A stretch of 64,000 nt of DNA, from positions 1 to 64,000 of the forward strand of contig JBIKLL010000001.1 in assembly GCA_044359815.1 (NCBI GenBank), given 5' to 3'. Under the pieces are notes generated by a model. It saw nothing but the letters and a program-made list of their open reading frames with translations. It was not told the DNA's origin and ran no database searches. The DNA is from Pseudobdellovibrionaceae bacterium. GTDB lineage: Bacteria; Bdellovibrionota; Bdellovibrionia; Bdellovibrionales; Bdellovibrionaceae. Of the stretch, positions 1 through 9,863 are shown in pieces. The stretch's first letter is position 1. The number at the start of each line of letters is the position of its first letter. Made by a program: the position numbers and the translations under genes.

Positions 1-488
1 AAGGTGGACAAACCAAAACTATTAAATATCTAATCTTATCGACAGATAATGAGCTTGAAAATACTTCTGATGATCCTGTTCGTTACAGCGCCGAAACTTT
101 AGAAGCTTCTGATCCAGCAACCGGTACTAATTTTAAGTTATACACCTACCAACCCAGCGATTTTATGTTTGCACCAAAATTTGGGGATTCAATGATGATG
201 CTTTTGATTGCTTACAATCCCACGATGCGAAAAAAACAATTTGGGGGTAACCGCGTTTTTAAAAGCATTCGTGTTAGCAAAATCCGATACGAAGATGTTG
301 CTGATGTCAGCACCGTTTGTCCAGGTATTGACCCAGTTCCTGCAACTGTTGGACAAATGGAAATCAATGTTACCGTGTCTCAAAAAGTCGCAGATATTGT
401 TGACAAAAACAGCCCACGTTTAAACAAGTTCCGATCGGGCTTGGTATTCACTATTCCCTACGGTAACAACGAGGTCTTAGCATATTGA
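1..488 (+). CDS. hypothetical protein, 5'-truncated by window edge
   Basis: The frame of ORF 165..488 is open from base 3 (GGQTKTIKYLILSTDNE...) to TGA at 488. Confidence 0.7.
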   Translation, partial: GGQTKTIKYLILSTDNELENTSDDPVRYSAETLEASDPATGTNFKLYTYQPSDFMFAPKFGDSMMMLLIAYNPTMRKKQFGGNRVFKSIRVSKIRYEDVADVSTVCPGIDPVPATVGQMEINVTVSQKVADIVDKNSPRLNKFRSGLVFTIPYGNNEVLAY

Positions 489-528
489 TGCTTTGTCTTG
501 CTGGCACAGGCCAGCTATTGTGGGTATT

Positions 529-1134
529 TTATCTTGGTACAGGCACTGAGTCTGTATTAGCCCAGCTCGGGTGATCTTTATAAAAATCAGCGCGGTAAAC
601 AACAGTGTCATCGCCTTGAATCACTCCAGACACTGTATACGCCGAATCACCTGATTTTGTTGAATCAAAACTAACCCTCAGCGAAGTGTATTTGTAAGTC
701 ACTCCAGGTTCTTCGTAATTGATCATACTGGCCTGACCGAGGGCGACCCAGTCCAATGATTTAGGATTGGCGGCATCCAGCAGCAACCGGTACAGAGCAC
801 GGGCTTTAATGTTTTTAATTTTATCAACATCACCAAGTCTGAAAGTCAGTTTGTTTTTTGCATAGACTCGAATTTCGTAACTGGATTTATTGCGGCAGGG
901 AAACTGGCTCTCAGTTGGTTCAACTTCGTTCGGAACACAATGAGCATATAAATCTTCAAAGGCAAAAACATTAGCGGAAGTTTGTGGGATTTTTTGCGCC
1001 TTCATTTCCTGAAAAATAGTTTTCGCCAAGGACCCCTGAACTGCAACCTTGGTTGGCTTAAAATGGGCACCTTCAACAACATCAGAGTTTGCGAAAGAAA
1101 ACATTGATAAACTTAACAAAACTACCGAAAACAT
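529..1134 (-). CDS. secreted hypothetical protein
   Basis: 201 aa ORF with signal-peptide-like N-terminus and AAGGAG RBS upstream. Confidence 0.75.
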   Translation of the reverse strand: MFSVVLLSLSMFSFANSDVVEGAHFKPTKVAVQGSLAKTIFQEMKAQKIPQTSANVFAFEDLYAHCVPNEVEPTESQFPCRNKSSYEIRVYAKNKLTFRLGDVDKIKNIKARALYRLLLDAANPKSLDWVALGQASMINYEEPGVTYKYTSLRVSFDSTKSGDSAYTVSGVIQGDDTVVYRADFYKDHPSWANTDSVPVPR

Positions 1135-1292
1135 AACGGCTCCTTTAAAGGTTTTGCCTGTTTTGCCTTGAATCTATTTTAGGTTCAAGCACGAACCAGA
1201 AATCCGTTAAATTTTGAAAAGAATAAACTATCTCAGACACCCATGATTGCTTGTATTTGATTTGCCCTAGGCAGGATTTATACAGCTAAGAT

Positions 1293-1934
1293 TTAAACAA
1301 TTAATTTTCGAATCACTATAAAATGCAAAACGGCGGCAATCATTACCAACACGTGAAATACTTCGTGATAGCCAAATTTTTTCGGTGAAGGATTGGGAAA
1401 TTTCAAGGCGTAGACAAGGGCACCCACAGTGTACAGGATTCCACCGGCAAGGATCAGGCTGACTTTCCCCCACCCAAGTAAAAGAATAAATTGCGGAAGA
1501 TAAGGCACAATCATCCAGCCCATAACCACATAAAAAATGGCGGCAATCCATTTCGGAGCCTTGACCCAAAACAAAGTCTGCAAAAGCCCCATGCAGGCCA
1601 TGCCCCAGATCAGCCCAAGCGCTTCAAACACAGCTTCTGACGGCAGAGCGAAAACGCAAATCGGCGTGGCAGTTCCTGCAATTAATATAAAAATAGCGGC
1701 ATGATCAAGACGTCGCATCCACCGACGCGATTTTTCCGACCAATTGGCTCGGTGATAAAGTGAGCTCACCCCAAACATTCCACACAGACTGATCGAGTAA
1801 ACCAAGGACGAAACCAGTGCGCGAGCATCTGTTGATTGAAACACCAACATTAAACAGGCACCTAATGCCAAAAAAAATCCGGCCTGGTGAAAATGCCCGC
1901 GAAGGAATGGTTTTTCAATTTTTTCCGTCATCAA
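1293..1934 (-). CDS. hemolysin III / PAQR family membrane protein
   Basis: SSLYH, RRLDHAAIFILIAGTATP and GYHEVFH motifs; about 7 TM segments. Confidence 0.92.
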   Translation of the reverse strand: MMTEKIEKPFLRGHFHQAGFFLALGACLMLVFQSTDARALVSSLVYSISLCGMFGVSSLYHRANWSEKSRRWMRRLDHAAIFILIAGTATPICVFALPSEAVFEALGLIWGMACMGLLQTLFWVKAPKWIAAIFYVVMGWMIVPYLPQFILLLGWGKVSLILAGGILYTVGALVYALKFPNPSPKKFGYHEVFHVLVMIAAVLHFIVIRKLIV

Positions 1935-1947
1935 GCCATAGTCTACA

Positions 1948-2184
1948 CTAGTTTTTCAGTTCTGTTTTAATACTTTCGAACTTATCATCAGCTTTATTGG
2001 CAAAACGATCAAAGATATCTGAAACTTTTTTGCTATAGGAATCTTCAGTTTGGCCATATTTTTGTTGGATCAGGCCACTGATTGATTTCAAGTCACCCTT
2101 GGTTTTCTCCAAATCGTCATCTGTTAGCTTTCCCCAGGCTTTTTGAATGTCGCCTTTGATTTCGGTCCGCCCTAAACGTCTCAA
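1948..2184 (-). CDS. CsbD-family protein, N-terminus atypical (possibly degraded)
   Basis: TEIKGDIQKAWGKLTDDDL...GLIQQKYG is CsbD-like; TTG start with no clear RBS. Confidence 0.7.
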   Translation of the reverse strand: MRRLGRTEIKGDIQKAWGKLTDDDLEKTKGDLKSISGLIQQKYGQTEDSYSKKVSDIFDRFANKADDKFESIKTELKN

Positions 2185-2291
2185 CTTTTTCGATGCCAGA
2201 TCGGTCAGCTTTCAAACAACCGTCAACCAGTGAGATCATTGAAGACGCCTGGTCAACTTGACTCAAGTCTAAAATAGAATGCCCCAACACA

Positions 2292-2396
2292 ATTTGTGGA
2301 ATCTATAATGTAGAAGCACGATTTGCGGAATCTACAATGTAGCAACACGATTTGGGGAATTTAGAATGTAGCAATTAAATTTGCGGAATCTATAAC
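2292..2396. repeat. tandem repeat, 29-bp period, about 3.6 copies
   Basis: Units start at 2292, 2321, 2350 and 2379; consensus ATTTGCGGAATCTAYAATGTAGCAACACG. Confidence 0.9.
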
Positions 2397-3781
2397 GGCG
2401 CAATAAAGTTTGCAGGAGCAATGACCTTCCAACCCCGATTAATCAGCGTTCCGAATCCCGAACCTGTCATGTCAGTGTAGGGACTAGGTCCAAAAAATGA
2501 ATTGCTTCCGGCCACTCCGCACATAGAATCAGGCGCACTGTTAGAGGCACTGACCTTTTTCCACATCATCGTTAAAGCTATCTCGGTTCGAGGACCTTGG
2601 TAATATTTGATCTCCATAGCTACGCGAGAATTAGCATCCAAGTAAATCGCACCAGACGAACAACCCATTCGTGTTGAATGATCTCCGTCATTATTTATCA
2701 ATACCTGAGAACTGGCTCCGGGGCTTGGCGTGATTGAAATGACCGTTCCATCGTCTGACAGAGTCGCCAATTGATACCAACCAGCCTGATCGCTGGCAGT
2801 ATCCAGCTTCAGAACTGTTTTCATTTTGAATGCAAAATAATCAGTCAACACGTTACCGTTATTATCAACGATCAACTGGCCACCATTGGTCGGAAATCCT
2901 GAACTGAATGATCTGGTGGTCACAAACAGCTGATTTAAATTTAAGATAGCATTAACGATTGTTCCGTTAGAGTAAAAATAATCCACCGTTTTTGTACTCA
3001 GTGCCTGAAAGGCTGCCTGCTGAGTAGAATTTAAATAATAAATTTCACCGATCAAGCCACCTTTACATGCCGTGTCTGCACCGATAACAAAAGGATCACA
3101 AATAATGTTTTTTGCGGTCACTTGAAAGGTCACAGATTTTGTAGCTTCTGTTCCCGCTACGTCAGTGGCCTTAATGGTGAATGTATGTGTACCCACTGGC
3201 AGGGCGCCAAGCTCGACATTTGCTTCTTGCTGACATTCGGTTAAATCTGTCAATCCACATTTTACAGAGGCAATACCACTCAGAACGTCAGTCACTGTAA
3301 AATTGATGACGGCGCGATCACCTTGTTTGATTGTACCGGGAGCAGAAACTATATTGATTTCAGGTCCATTCAGATCAACCAGCCATGAATAGACTTGAAC
3401 CTCTGATACTAAGCCGGTGTCGTCTTTTGCACGAAATTTAAAATCATGTTTGCCTTCATATAAGCCAGTTAAACTAAACTGTGATTGACAGTCCTCAAAT
3501 GTCTTGGAATCTGTCATGCATTCAAAGCTGTAAAGCGGATTTCCATCTTTATCGCCCTTTAATCCAAACATAGCCTCGCCAGAATTACTGATAGATTTTG
3601 GAATGCTGGTAAAAGCTGCCGACAGTCTTGGCGAGCCTGGGTTAGTATCAATTTCTTTTTTAATTTCTGCAGAAGGATCTTCCAGATATCCTGGCGTCAC
3701 CTGTTGGCAATTTGAAAAAGCCAAAACCAACAATATTCCCAAAAGATAATACTTAATTTGTGAACGAAATTTTATTTTCAT
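2390..3781 (-). CDS. lipoprotein with Ig-like domains and C-terminal PA14-like domain
   Basis: Lipobox LAFSNC; Ig-like repeats (GKHDFKFRAKD, GTHTFTIKATDVAG); PA14-like LSDDG and NNDGDH motifs. Confidence 0.75.
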   Translation of the reverse strand: MKIKFRSQIKYYLLGILLVLAFSNCQQVTPGYLEDPSAEIKKEIDTNPGSPRLSAAFTSIPKSISNSGEAMFGLKGDKDGNPLYSFECMTDSKTFEDCQSQFSLTGLYEGKHDFKFRAKDDTGLVSEVQVYSWLVDLNGPEINIVSAPGTIKQGDRAVINFTVTDVLSGIASVKCGLTDLTECQQEANVELGALPVGTHTFTIKATDVAGTEATKSVTFQVTAKNIICDPFVIGADTACKGGLIGEIYYLNSTQQAAFQALSTKTVDYFYSNGTIVNAILNLNQLFVTTRSFSSGFPTNGGQLIVDNNGNVLTDYFAFKMKTVLKLDTASDQAGWYQLATLSDDGTVISITPSPGASSQVLINNDGDHSTRMGCSSGAIYLDANSRVAMEIKYYQGPRTEIALTMMWKKVSASNSAPDSMCGVAGSNSFFGPSPYTDMTGSGFGTLINRGWKVIAPANFIAPL

Positions 3782-3980
3782 ACTTTATTGATCAGCAAAA
3801 AGGATGCCCATAACCTGTCTCAATTTATATACCCCAAATCTTCCTGTTGGTTTTAATCGGATCATTTTGAAGCAATCTTAAATCGAAACGTCGATTCCCA
3901 GAATACCGCCCAAAAGCCAACCAGCCTTATGGTGGGCAGCTGCTCCTCGGAGGGCTACACCCTTTGAACCAGACAGCTAA

Positions 3981-5255
3981 CTAAAAATACAACCGAATTT
4001 CGGTAAATGCCGAAGAGACATCCTTAAGTCTGCCGAAAAAGGTCTGGCTGTTGCCATTGTAAAACTCGCCGCCCACAATAAATTTGGTGTGATCGTTGAA
4101 AGCGTAAGTCAATTTCGGTCTGATTAAATGATCCCCAAAATTAAACCAAACCACATAAGCAGTCTCTAGCTCAAAGGTGTCATTCCACATTTTATAACTG
4201 GGCCTCACCGAAAATCCATACTGATCCTCTGCCAATTGGCTGGATGTGACAGCCTGCTGTTGTGCCAACAATTTTGTCGTGGGATCGGTGACAGCATCTG
4301 GATCTGTGAATCCATAAATATGCCTGTATAAAACCTGCGCATTCAGACTGAAATTTTCGTTGATGGCAGTATCCGTCCCAAGCACATAAAACAAACTGGA
4401 ATTTTGCAAAAACAAATCTCTGCCGGTATCGTCAATTGTTTTAGTGTAAGCAATTTCTGATCGGACTCCAAAATCAGAAATTGTCATAGCCATATCGGCG
4501 CCGTAGACCTGAACTTTGTTGTAGGTTGCAGCCAGATTTATCTGTCCACCCGTAAAACTGACAAAACTGATATCAGGGGTTTTTGACAGACCCTCAAAAT
4601 AACTTATGGACCAATCAACAGCTCCACCGCTTTGATCGATTTTGAAACCATATTGCTCGCCCACATTTTTTGGCGAAACCTCGGTGATTTTCACAGAGCC
4701 TGAATCTGCTACCGGAAAGGTTGGCGATATCCACTCTGGTTCCCATAACCCAAAAATTCGCAGGCTGTCCAAATTGTAAACCAACTGGGTTGCAAACTTA
4801 CCGCGGCGTTGATCTTCGTCATCAGTGGAAAGCAATTTAAAATTTCTCACCGAAAAGCTGTCAGTGGGATTCACCTTATCAGCCCTACCCCACACATTAA
4901 TAAACCGCCCAATTTTGACATCTAGGTTTGAAAAGGTTCTGCTGACATAAAACTCTCGCAGTTCCCCATAGGACATATTATCTCTGGATAAATCCTGACC
5001 CTGCACATAAGCATCAAGGAAAATTTTTGTTTCTAAAATTTCCTTGGGTTGCAAAGTAAACCATGCGCCAGAAACCAAATAATTTTTGTTATCAGTAAAA
5101 GATTTGTCCCTGTCCCAGTGGGCCGCCCTGACAGAGCCCACTAATCCCAAATCTTCCTTGATTGAAAAACCAGCTGAACTGTTAAACCCCGCCAAAATAG
5201 CTATAGCAAAAAGACTATTTTTCCAGATAACGTGTGGTGAATTTATCATCTTCAA
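3981..5255 (-). CDS. outer membrane beta-barrel (DUF1302-like) of MMPL operon
   Basis: LREFYV, KIGRFINVWGRAD..NPTD; C-terminal aromatic beta-signal (IRLYF). Confidence 0.75.
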   Translation of the reverse strand: MKMINSPHVIWKNSLFAIAILAGFNSSAGFSIKEDLGLVGSVRAAHWDRDKSFTDNKNYLVSGAWFTLQPKEILETKIFLDAYVQGQDLSRDNMSYGELREFYVSRTFSNLDVKIGRFINVWGRADKVNPTDSFSVRNFKLLSTDDEDQRRGKFATQLVYNLDSLRIFGLWEPEWISPTFPVADSGSVKITEVSPKNVGEQYGFKIDQSGGAVDWSISYFEGLSKTPDISFVSFTGGQINLAATYNKVQVYGADMAMTISDFGVRSEIAYTKTIDDTGRDLFLQNSSLFYVLGTDTAINENFSLNAQVLYRHIYGFTDPDAVTDPTTKLLAQQQAVTSSQLAEDQYGFSVRPSYKMWNDTFELETAYVVWFNFGDHLIRPKLTYAFNDHTKFIVGGEFYNGNSQTFFGRLKDVSSAFTEIRLYF

Positions 5256-6000
5256 CTCCGGTGTTCGCCTTAAAATTCTTAAACTCTAATATTGTTTTGT
5301 GATTAGTCTGAACATTTTGAGCTTCTAGTTGCATTGGTTGCCATTTGTTTTCCTTGGCGTCGACTTTGGTTACGTTCCGGGCATAGAACTTTTTAAACAG
5401 CTGGCCGCTCAGATCGTAGCTTTCACCCTGAACAGCGATAAAGGATTCTTTATCAATCCAGGCAAGCCTTTTTGAATATCCTGAATTTTCAGAAATGCTA
5501 GGATTTTTTGGCGTGGATTCAATCATCCAACAATCTTTTCCATCAATTTTTTCTTCTTTCAGTATTTTATGATTCCAATCTTCTACTTTGTGCCCGATCA
5601 CATCACCGTATGAAAAATCAGTTCCCACAAAAGAATCTTTTTTATTGCTGGCCACCAGTCTTCTGACTTTTTTCAGTGCTGGTAAATAAATCCAAATATC
5701 GTCGTCACTGCCAGATTTTTCGATCAGCAAAGTTTTAGTCCCCTTTACGTCGGCAGGAGAATTAAAAGTCACCACACGCATATTGTTGGTTGTTCCTTTA
5801 ACTAACTTTGTTTGCCCGGTGGTTTCCCTGACCCGTTCTTGGCCTTTTGCATTTACCAATCTAAATGTTGAGTCACTGACAGAATCTGAAACCTTAGAGG
5901 CCAAAAAACTGCGCTTTGCGATTTCATCGGGACTCAGAGTCTCGGCGAAAACCGTTTGGGTGATTGCTATTGTTGTTAAAATTGTGAAAATAAATTTCAT
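5215..6000 (-). CDS. periplasmic LolA-like outer membrane lipoprotein-sorting protein
   Basis: Signal peptide; SPADVKGT, DDIWIYLPALKKVRR and SFVGTDFSYGD motifs. Confidence 0.88.
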   Translation of the reverse strand: MKFIFTILTTIAITQTVFAETLSPDEIAKRSFLASKVSDSVSDSTFRLVNAKGQERVRETTGQTKLVKGTTNNMRVVTFNSPADVKGTKTLLIEKSGSDDDIWIYLPALKKVRRLVASNKKDSFVGTDFSYGDVIGHKVEDWNHKILKEEKIDGKDCWMIESTPKNPSISENSGYSKRLAWIDKESFIAVQGESYDLSGQLFKKFYARNVTKVDAKENKWQPMQLEAQNVQTNHKTILEFKNFKANTGVEDDKFTTRYLEK

Positions 6001-8375
6001 TTTGAGGCTCCTTTGATTTGTGATGAAAACTTTAGTTCAGATTTAGCCTTAGCTCCAAATATAAATTGTGGACGCAGCGAAAAAATAAGTGCTGGGAACA
6101 ATGTCAACGCTGTCACCGAACTGACCAACATTGCCATGGCGATTAAAAAACCCATCCACACATGGATCATAAAACCCCATGAAAACATCAACACACCAAA
6201 TCCCCCGGCAACTGCTGTAGATACAAATATTGCAGCCTTACCAGCTGATTTAAATGCTTTTTCAATAGCCGCTTTTTCGTCAGGATTTTTTTGAAGCTCT
6301 TCCCGCATTCTGTAGCTCATATAAATGCCGTAGTCGGCACCAATGCCCACAGCCATTGCAGACACCAAGGCTGTTGCAATCTGTAAGGGTATCCCTAACA
6401 AACCCATAACGCCAAAATTAACAAACACCGCCGCAAACAATGGAACCAAAATCAAAAATCCTGCCAAAAAAGACCTGAATACCAACGACGAGACTATAAA
6501 AACTGCTGCCATGATTTGCATGATATTAAGTACTTTTTCCCGTATCATGATTTCGTTTAAAGCCACCCCACCCAGGCTTCCGCCGCCAATGGAAAACTCT
6601 ACCCCAGTGGGCTTTGTGCTGCTGGCGAAATCCCAAATTTGCTTTGTCAGACCTTCCATAAATTCGGAACTGTCAGATTTTGTGAACGCCGCGATCACAG
6701 CATTTTGATAGTTGTAATCCACATAGTTGTCAAAATCGCCGGGCTCACCAGAGTTCGAATACAATAACAAATACTGAGCCACTAAATCCTGACTTTCAGG
6801 AACTTTGAAAAATTCTGCCTTATCTGCATTCATTGATTGATTCATTTTCTTTAAAAAATCCACTATGGAAACTGTTTTTCCGACCTTGGGATTTTCTAAA
6901 AACTTATTCTGAATGGACTCCATCCAATTTAAAACATTAGGCCGTTTGATGGCGTCCTCGGAATCCCCCTTGACCATCAAATACAGGGGATTTGTGCCAG
7001 CCATCTTTTCATTCAAATGATCATCGGCAATGCGCTCTGGGATTTTACCGTAGAAATATCCTTTCTGACTGTTATTGACCTGAAGCCAATATCCGCCCAA
7101 TGAAAGCAATCCTACTATCAATCCCACTGACCAATACACCTTTGTACGTTGGTTCATCGCCAAATCAAAAAAGTAATTAATCAATCGGTCCCAAAAACTG
7201 ACTTCGCTTTCCCGTCGGATTTCCTTTTCACCCGGAGCTGGCAACATCACCCTGAGCGCAGGGATAAATGTAAGCTCTAAAATCAAAGCGCTGATGACTC
7301 CTGCACCCGTAAAAATCCCAAAGGTTCTGATCGATTTGATTTCAAATATCATCAACGAAAAAAATCCCAGAGCTGCTACCAAACAAGCCACCACCATAAC
7401 TGGACCCACTTTTGTCAGAGAGTTCAGCACAGCAAGCTCGCTCAGTGACTGTCGATCCCCTTTTGGGTTTTGCATCTTAGCCACTGCGAATTCTTCATAA
7501 TATCTTTTAAGAATCTGCACTGCGTGTCCAGCTGCAATGGCCAGTATTAAAATCGGTGTGGACGAGTTAAAAACATCAAAGGGCTCTCGCATCAATCCTA
7601 AAAAACCCATGGCCCAAGCCACAGCCAATAGCGCTGTCACTAGCGGCAGTATTAAGGCCTGCACTGTCCTGAATGCTTCGTAATGAATCAGACCGATTAT
7701 CAGAAGCGCAATGGGAAACAAAAATCCCATGCGCGCAGAATATTTTTCCAGCAATGCTAAAAACATCGTGATCCCTGCTTTATCAATAATCACAGTGTCA
7801 TCGCGTTCAGGGGCGATGGCAGCTTCTACCGCTTTTTCGATGGCTTGAAAGCCGCCTTCGGCTTTTGTGAATTCCGCAACAATCTGAGTGGTTTTTTGGT
7901 CTTTTGAAATTAAAAAATTCTCAAACACTGTGTTTTTGGCAATGGCAGTTTTGAGCGCCTGCATTTCAGCATCGGTCTGGGGGATTTTATCCATCAGGGG
8001 ACGGACTTCCATGCCTTCTTCTGTGCCAATAATATTTTTAGATTTCCTGGCAGACAGGCTGGAAATATTGCTCTTGATAACGAATGGGATATTCTGGATG
8101 CTATTGGTGATTCGCTGAACCTTTTCTAAAACAGGTTTTTGAAAAATATCGCCCTGTTTAGGCGTCACACCAACCACCACTGTAAACTTGTTGCCAAACA
8201 GTTTTTCAATCTGCAAACCGGTTGCAATATAAGGATGCGTTTGTGGCAGGGTCGTATCGGGATCTATTATAACAGTCAGGCTTCTTAATTGGATGAGCAG
8301 CCCCACAGTTGTTAATAGCGTAAACAGGATGACCCATTTTCTGTATTGAATGACCAGTTTGATCCACGTTTTCAT
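5997..8375 (-). CDS. MMPL/RND family transporter
   Basis: Two-repeat topology with about 12 TM segments; AMAVGIGADYGIY motif; ATG at 8375 follows GGGGAG RBS. Confidence 0.9.
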   Translation of the reverse strand: MKTWIKLVIQYRKWVILFTLLTTVGLLIQLRSLTVIIDPDTTLPQTHPYIATGLQIEKLFGNKFTVVVGVTPKQGDIFQKPVLEKVQRITNSIQNIPFVIKSNISSLSARKSKNIIGTEEGMEVRPLMDKIPQTDAEMQALKTAIAKNTVFENFLISKDQKTTQIVAEFTKAEGGFQAIEKAVEAAIAPERDDTVIIDKAGITMFLALLEKYSARMGFLFPIALLIIGLIHYEAFRTVQALILPLVTALLAVAWAMGFLGLMREPFDVFNSSTPILILAIAAGHAVQILKRYYEEFAVAKMQNPKGDRQSLSELAVLNSLTKVGPVMVVACLVAALGFFSLMIFEIKSIRTFGIFTGAGVISALILELTFIPALRVMLPAPGEKEIRRESEVSFWDRLINYFFDLAMNQRTKVYWSVGLIVGLLSLGGYWLQVNNSQKGYFYGKIPERIADDHLNEKMAGTNPLYLMVKGDSEDAIKRPNVLNWMESIQNKFLENPKVGKTVSIVDFLKKMNQSMNADKAEFFKVPESQDLVAQYLLLYSNSGEPGDFDNYVDYNYQNAVIAAFTKSDSSEFMEGLTKQIWDFASSTKPTGVEFSIGGGSLGGVALNEIMIREKVLNIMQIMAAVFIVSSLVFRSFLAGFLILVPLFAAVFVNFGVMGLLGIPLQIATALVSAMAVGIGADYGIYMSYRMREELQKNPDEKAAIEKAFKSAGKAAIFVSTAVAGGFGVLMFSWGFMIHVWMGFLIAMAMLVSSVTALTLFPALIFSLRPQFIFGAKAKSELKFSSQIKGASK

Positions 8376-8478
8376 TAATAAACTCCCCACCAGACAGTTT
8401 AAATTTATTCTTTAAACCGATTATTTTTAAAACAGACCATTTTATAAATTTTTAAAACTTTTTAACCTTTGCAATATT

Positions 8479-8519
8479 ATGTTATCAGTGATAACATTCT
8501 ATGTACTCACTGTCAACAT
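8479..8519. promoter_or_regulatory. tandem palindromic TetR-type operators overlapping divergent promoters
   Basis: ATGTTATCA-G-TGATAACAT (8479-8497) and imperfect copy ATGTACTCACTGTCAACAT (8501-8519). TTGCAA-17-TAACAT on + (8469-8497) and TTGACA on - (8516-8511). Confidence 0.7.
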
Positions 8520-9291
8520 TGGTTTTAATTTTTTGGAAAGGTGTTTTGATCTGAGTCAAAGTTCTAAGAAAAAGCAAAAAACAAAACGCAATCATAACAT
8601 TGGCTATCACCATGGGGATCTTAGGTCTAGCTTGATAGACAAAGCCATAGAAATGCTGAATGACTGTTCGCCTGAGGATTTATCATTGCGCGAGCTCGCC
8701 AGATTGGCAGGCGTCAGCCAAGCAGCCCCTTATCGGCACTTCAAGGACAAGGAAGATCTGTTTGCCAGCATTGCACAACAAGGGTTCGAAATAAAATTAA
8801 AGTATATGTTGTCAGCCATGGAGAAATTTAAAGACGATCCCAATGAATTGTTTTTTCAGTGTGGATTATCGTATTTTAAAATGGGTCAGAAGCATCCCCA
8901 ACACTTTAAATTAATGTTTGGCTCAAACGTGGCCCCAAACCTGAACCATCCTGAACTGATGAAGGCTGCGTGCGCGACCTTTGTTTGCCTGAAAGAAATG
9001 ATTGTGATGGGACAGTCGGCAGGGTTGATTGGGTCCGGTGATCCGTTTCACAAGGCTATGAATTGCTGGTCGGTGGTTCATGGATTTACGATGCTTTATT
9101 GCAATCAAAGGCTGACTTGGCTTGGTATCAGCACCAAAAATTGCGAAAGCGCACTGCGAGTTTTGCTTTCTCAACATTTGCTAGGCAGCAAAACAGAAAT
9201 TCTGTCTGATGTTTTTTCTGTTCAGCTTTTTCAGACCAAAGAATCCTTAGCCATTTACGAACAAATTAAAGATCTCAAGATTTTAAAATAG
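8479..9291 (+). CDS. TetR/AcrR family regulator (true start probably downstream, e.g. CTG 8551)
   Basis: YHHGDLR...LSLRELARLAGVSQAAPYRHFKDK helix-turn-helix; WSVVHG (WHG-type) C-terminal domain. Confidence 0.92.
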   Translation: MLSVITFYVLTVNIGFNFLERCFDLSQSSKKKQKTKRNHNIGYHHGDLRSSLIDKAIEMLNDCSPEDLSLRELARLAGVSQAAPYRHFKDKEDLFASIAQQGFEIKLKYMLSAMEKFKDDPNELFFQCGLSYFKMGQKHPQHFKLMFGSNVAPNLNHPELMKAACATFVCLKEMIVMGQSAGLIGSGDPFHKAMNCWSVVHGFTMLYCNQRLTWLGISTKNCESALRVLLSQHLLGSKTEILSDVFSVQLFQTKESLAIYEQIKDLKILK

Positions 9292-9419
9292 CTATTTGAA
9301 CTTTGATGATTCAAATTCAATTGAATCACTTTAATTTTCTATCTTGAACAAGTTTCTACAACAGCAGGTAGTTCCTTGGGTCTGTAGAATAGATTTGTAG
9401 TTTAAAAAACTGCTGGCAA

Positions 9420-9671
9420 CTACTGCGCTGGTTTTTCTTCTGTCTTAGCAGCTCTTTTAGAAGTGTCTTTGACTAATTTAGCTTCCACCAAAATGCTGGC
9501 TTTTTGATCACCATTTAAATTTTTGCCTTTTGAATCAACGACTTCATATCGACCAGAGTTTTTGCGAGTGATTGTATAGTCTTTGATTTTAACAGGTGAA
9601 AATACGCCTTCAGGTTTTGGTCTTTTTGCCTTAGTTTCCTTTGAGTCTTTTGATCCCTTTGCATCAGCCAT
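9420..9671 (-). CDS. small basic hypothetical protein
   Basis: 83 aa, Lys-rich, strong GGAGG RBS. Confidence 0.8.
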   Translation of the reverse strand: MADAKGSKDSKETKAKRPKPEGVFSPVKIKDYTITRKNSGRYEVVDSKGKNLNGDQKASILVEAKLVKDTSKRAAKTEEKPAQ

Positions 9672-9863
9672 TATGGCCTCCTTTTTAGTTTTTAACAGTG
9701 CCTAAGGTTCTAAGTTACGGGCAGATGAATTGCAATTCAATTGCTACCCTTCAGTGCGATTTAATTTGGCTTTTATGATCTTTTGTTATCAGTCCAACGG
9801 GATTACAGCGTTGTCAGATTTATCCCGCTGCTTTATATTTATGGGATAAAAACAGGAGCAACA

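Noticed and set aside
2292..2396. CRISPR mini-array; the - strand CTACATTGTAGAT resembles a Cas12a repeat handle
   Set aside because: Period is only 29 bp, variable parts are about 7 nt and similar to each other, and no cas genes are present.
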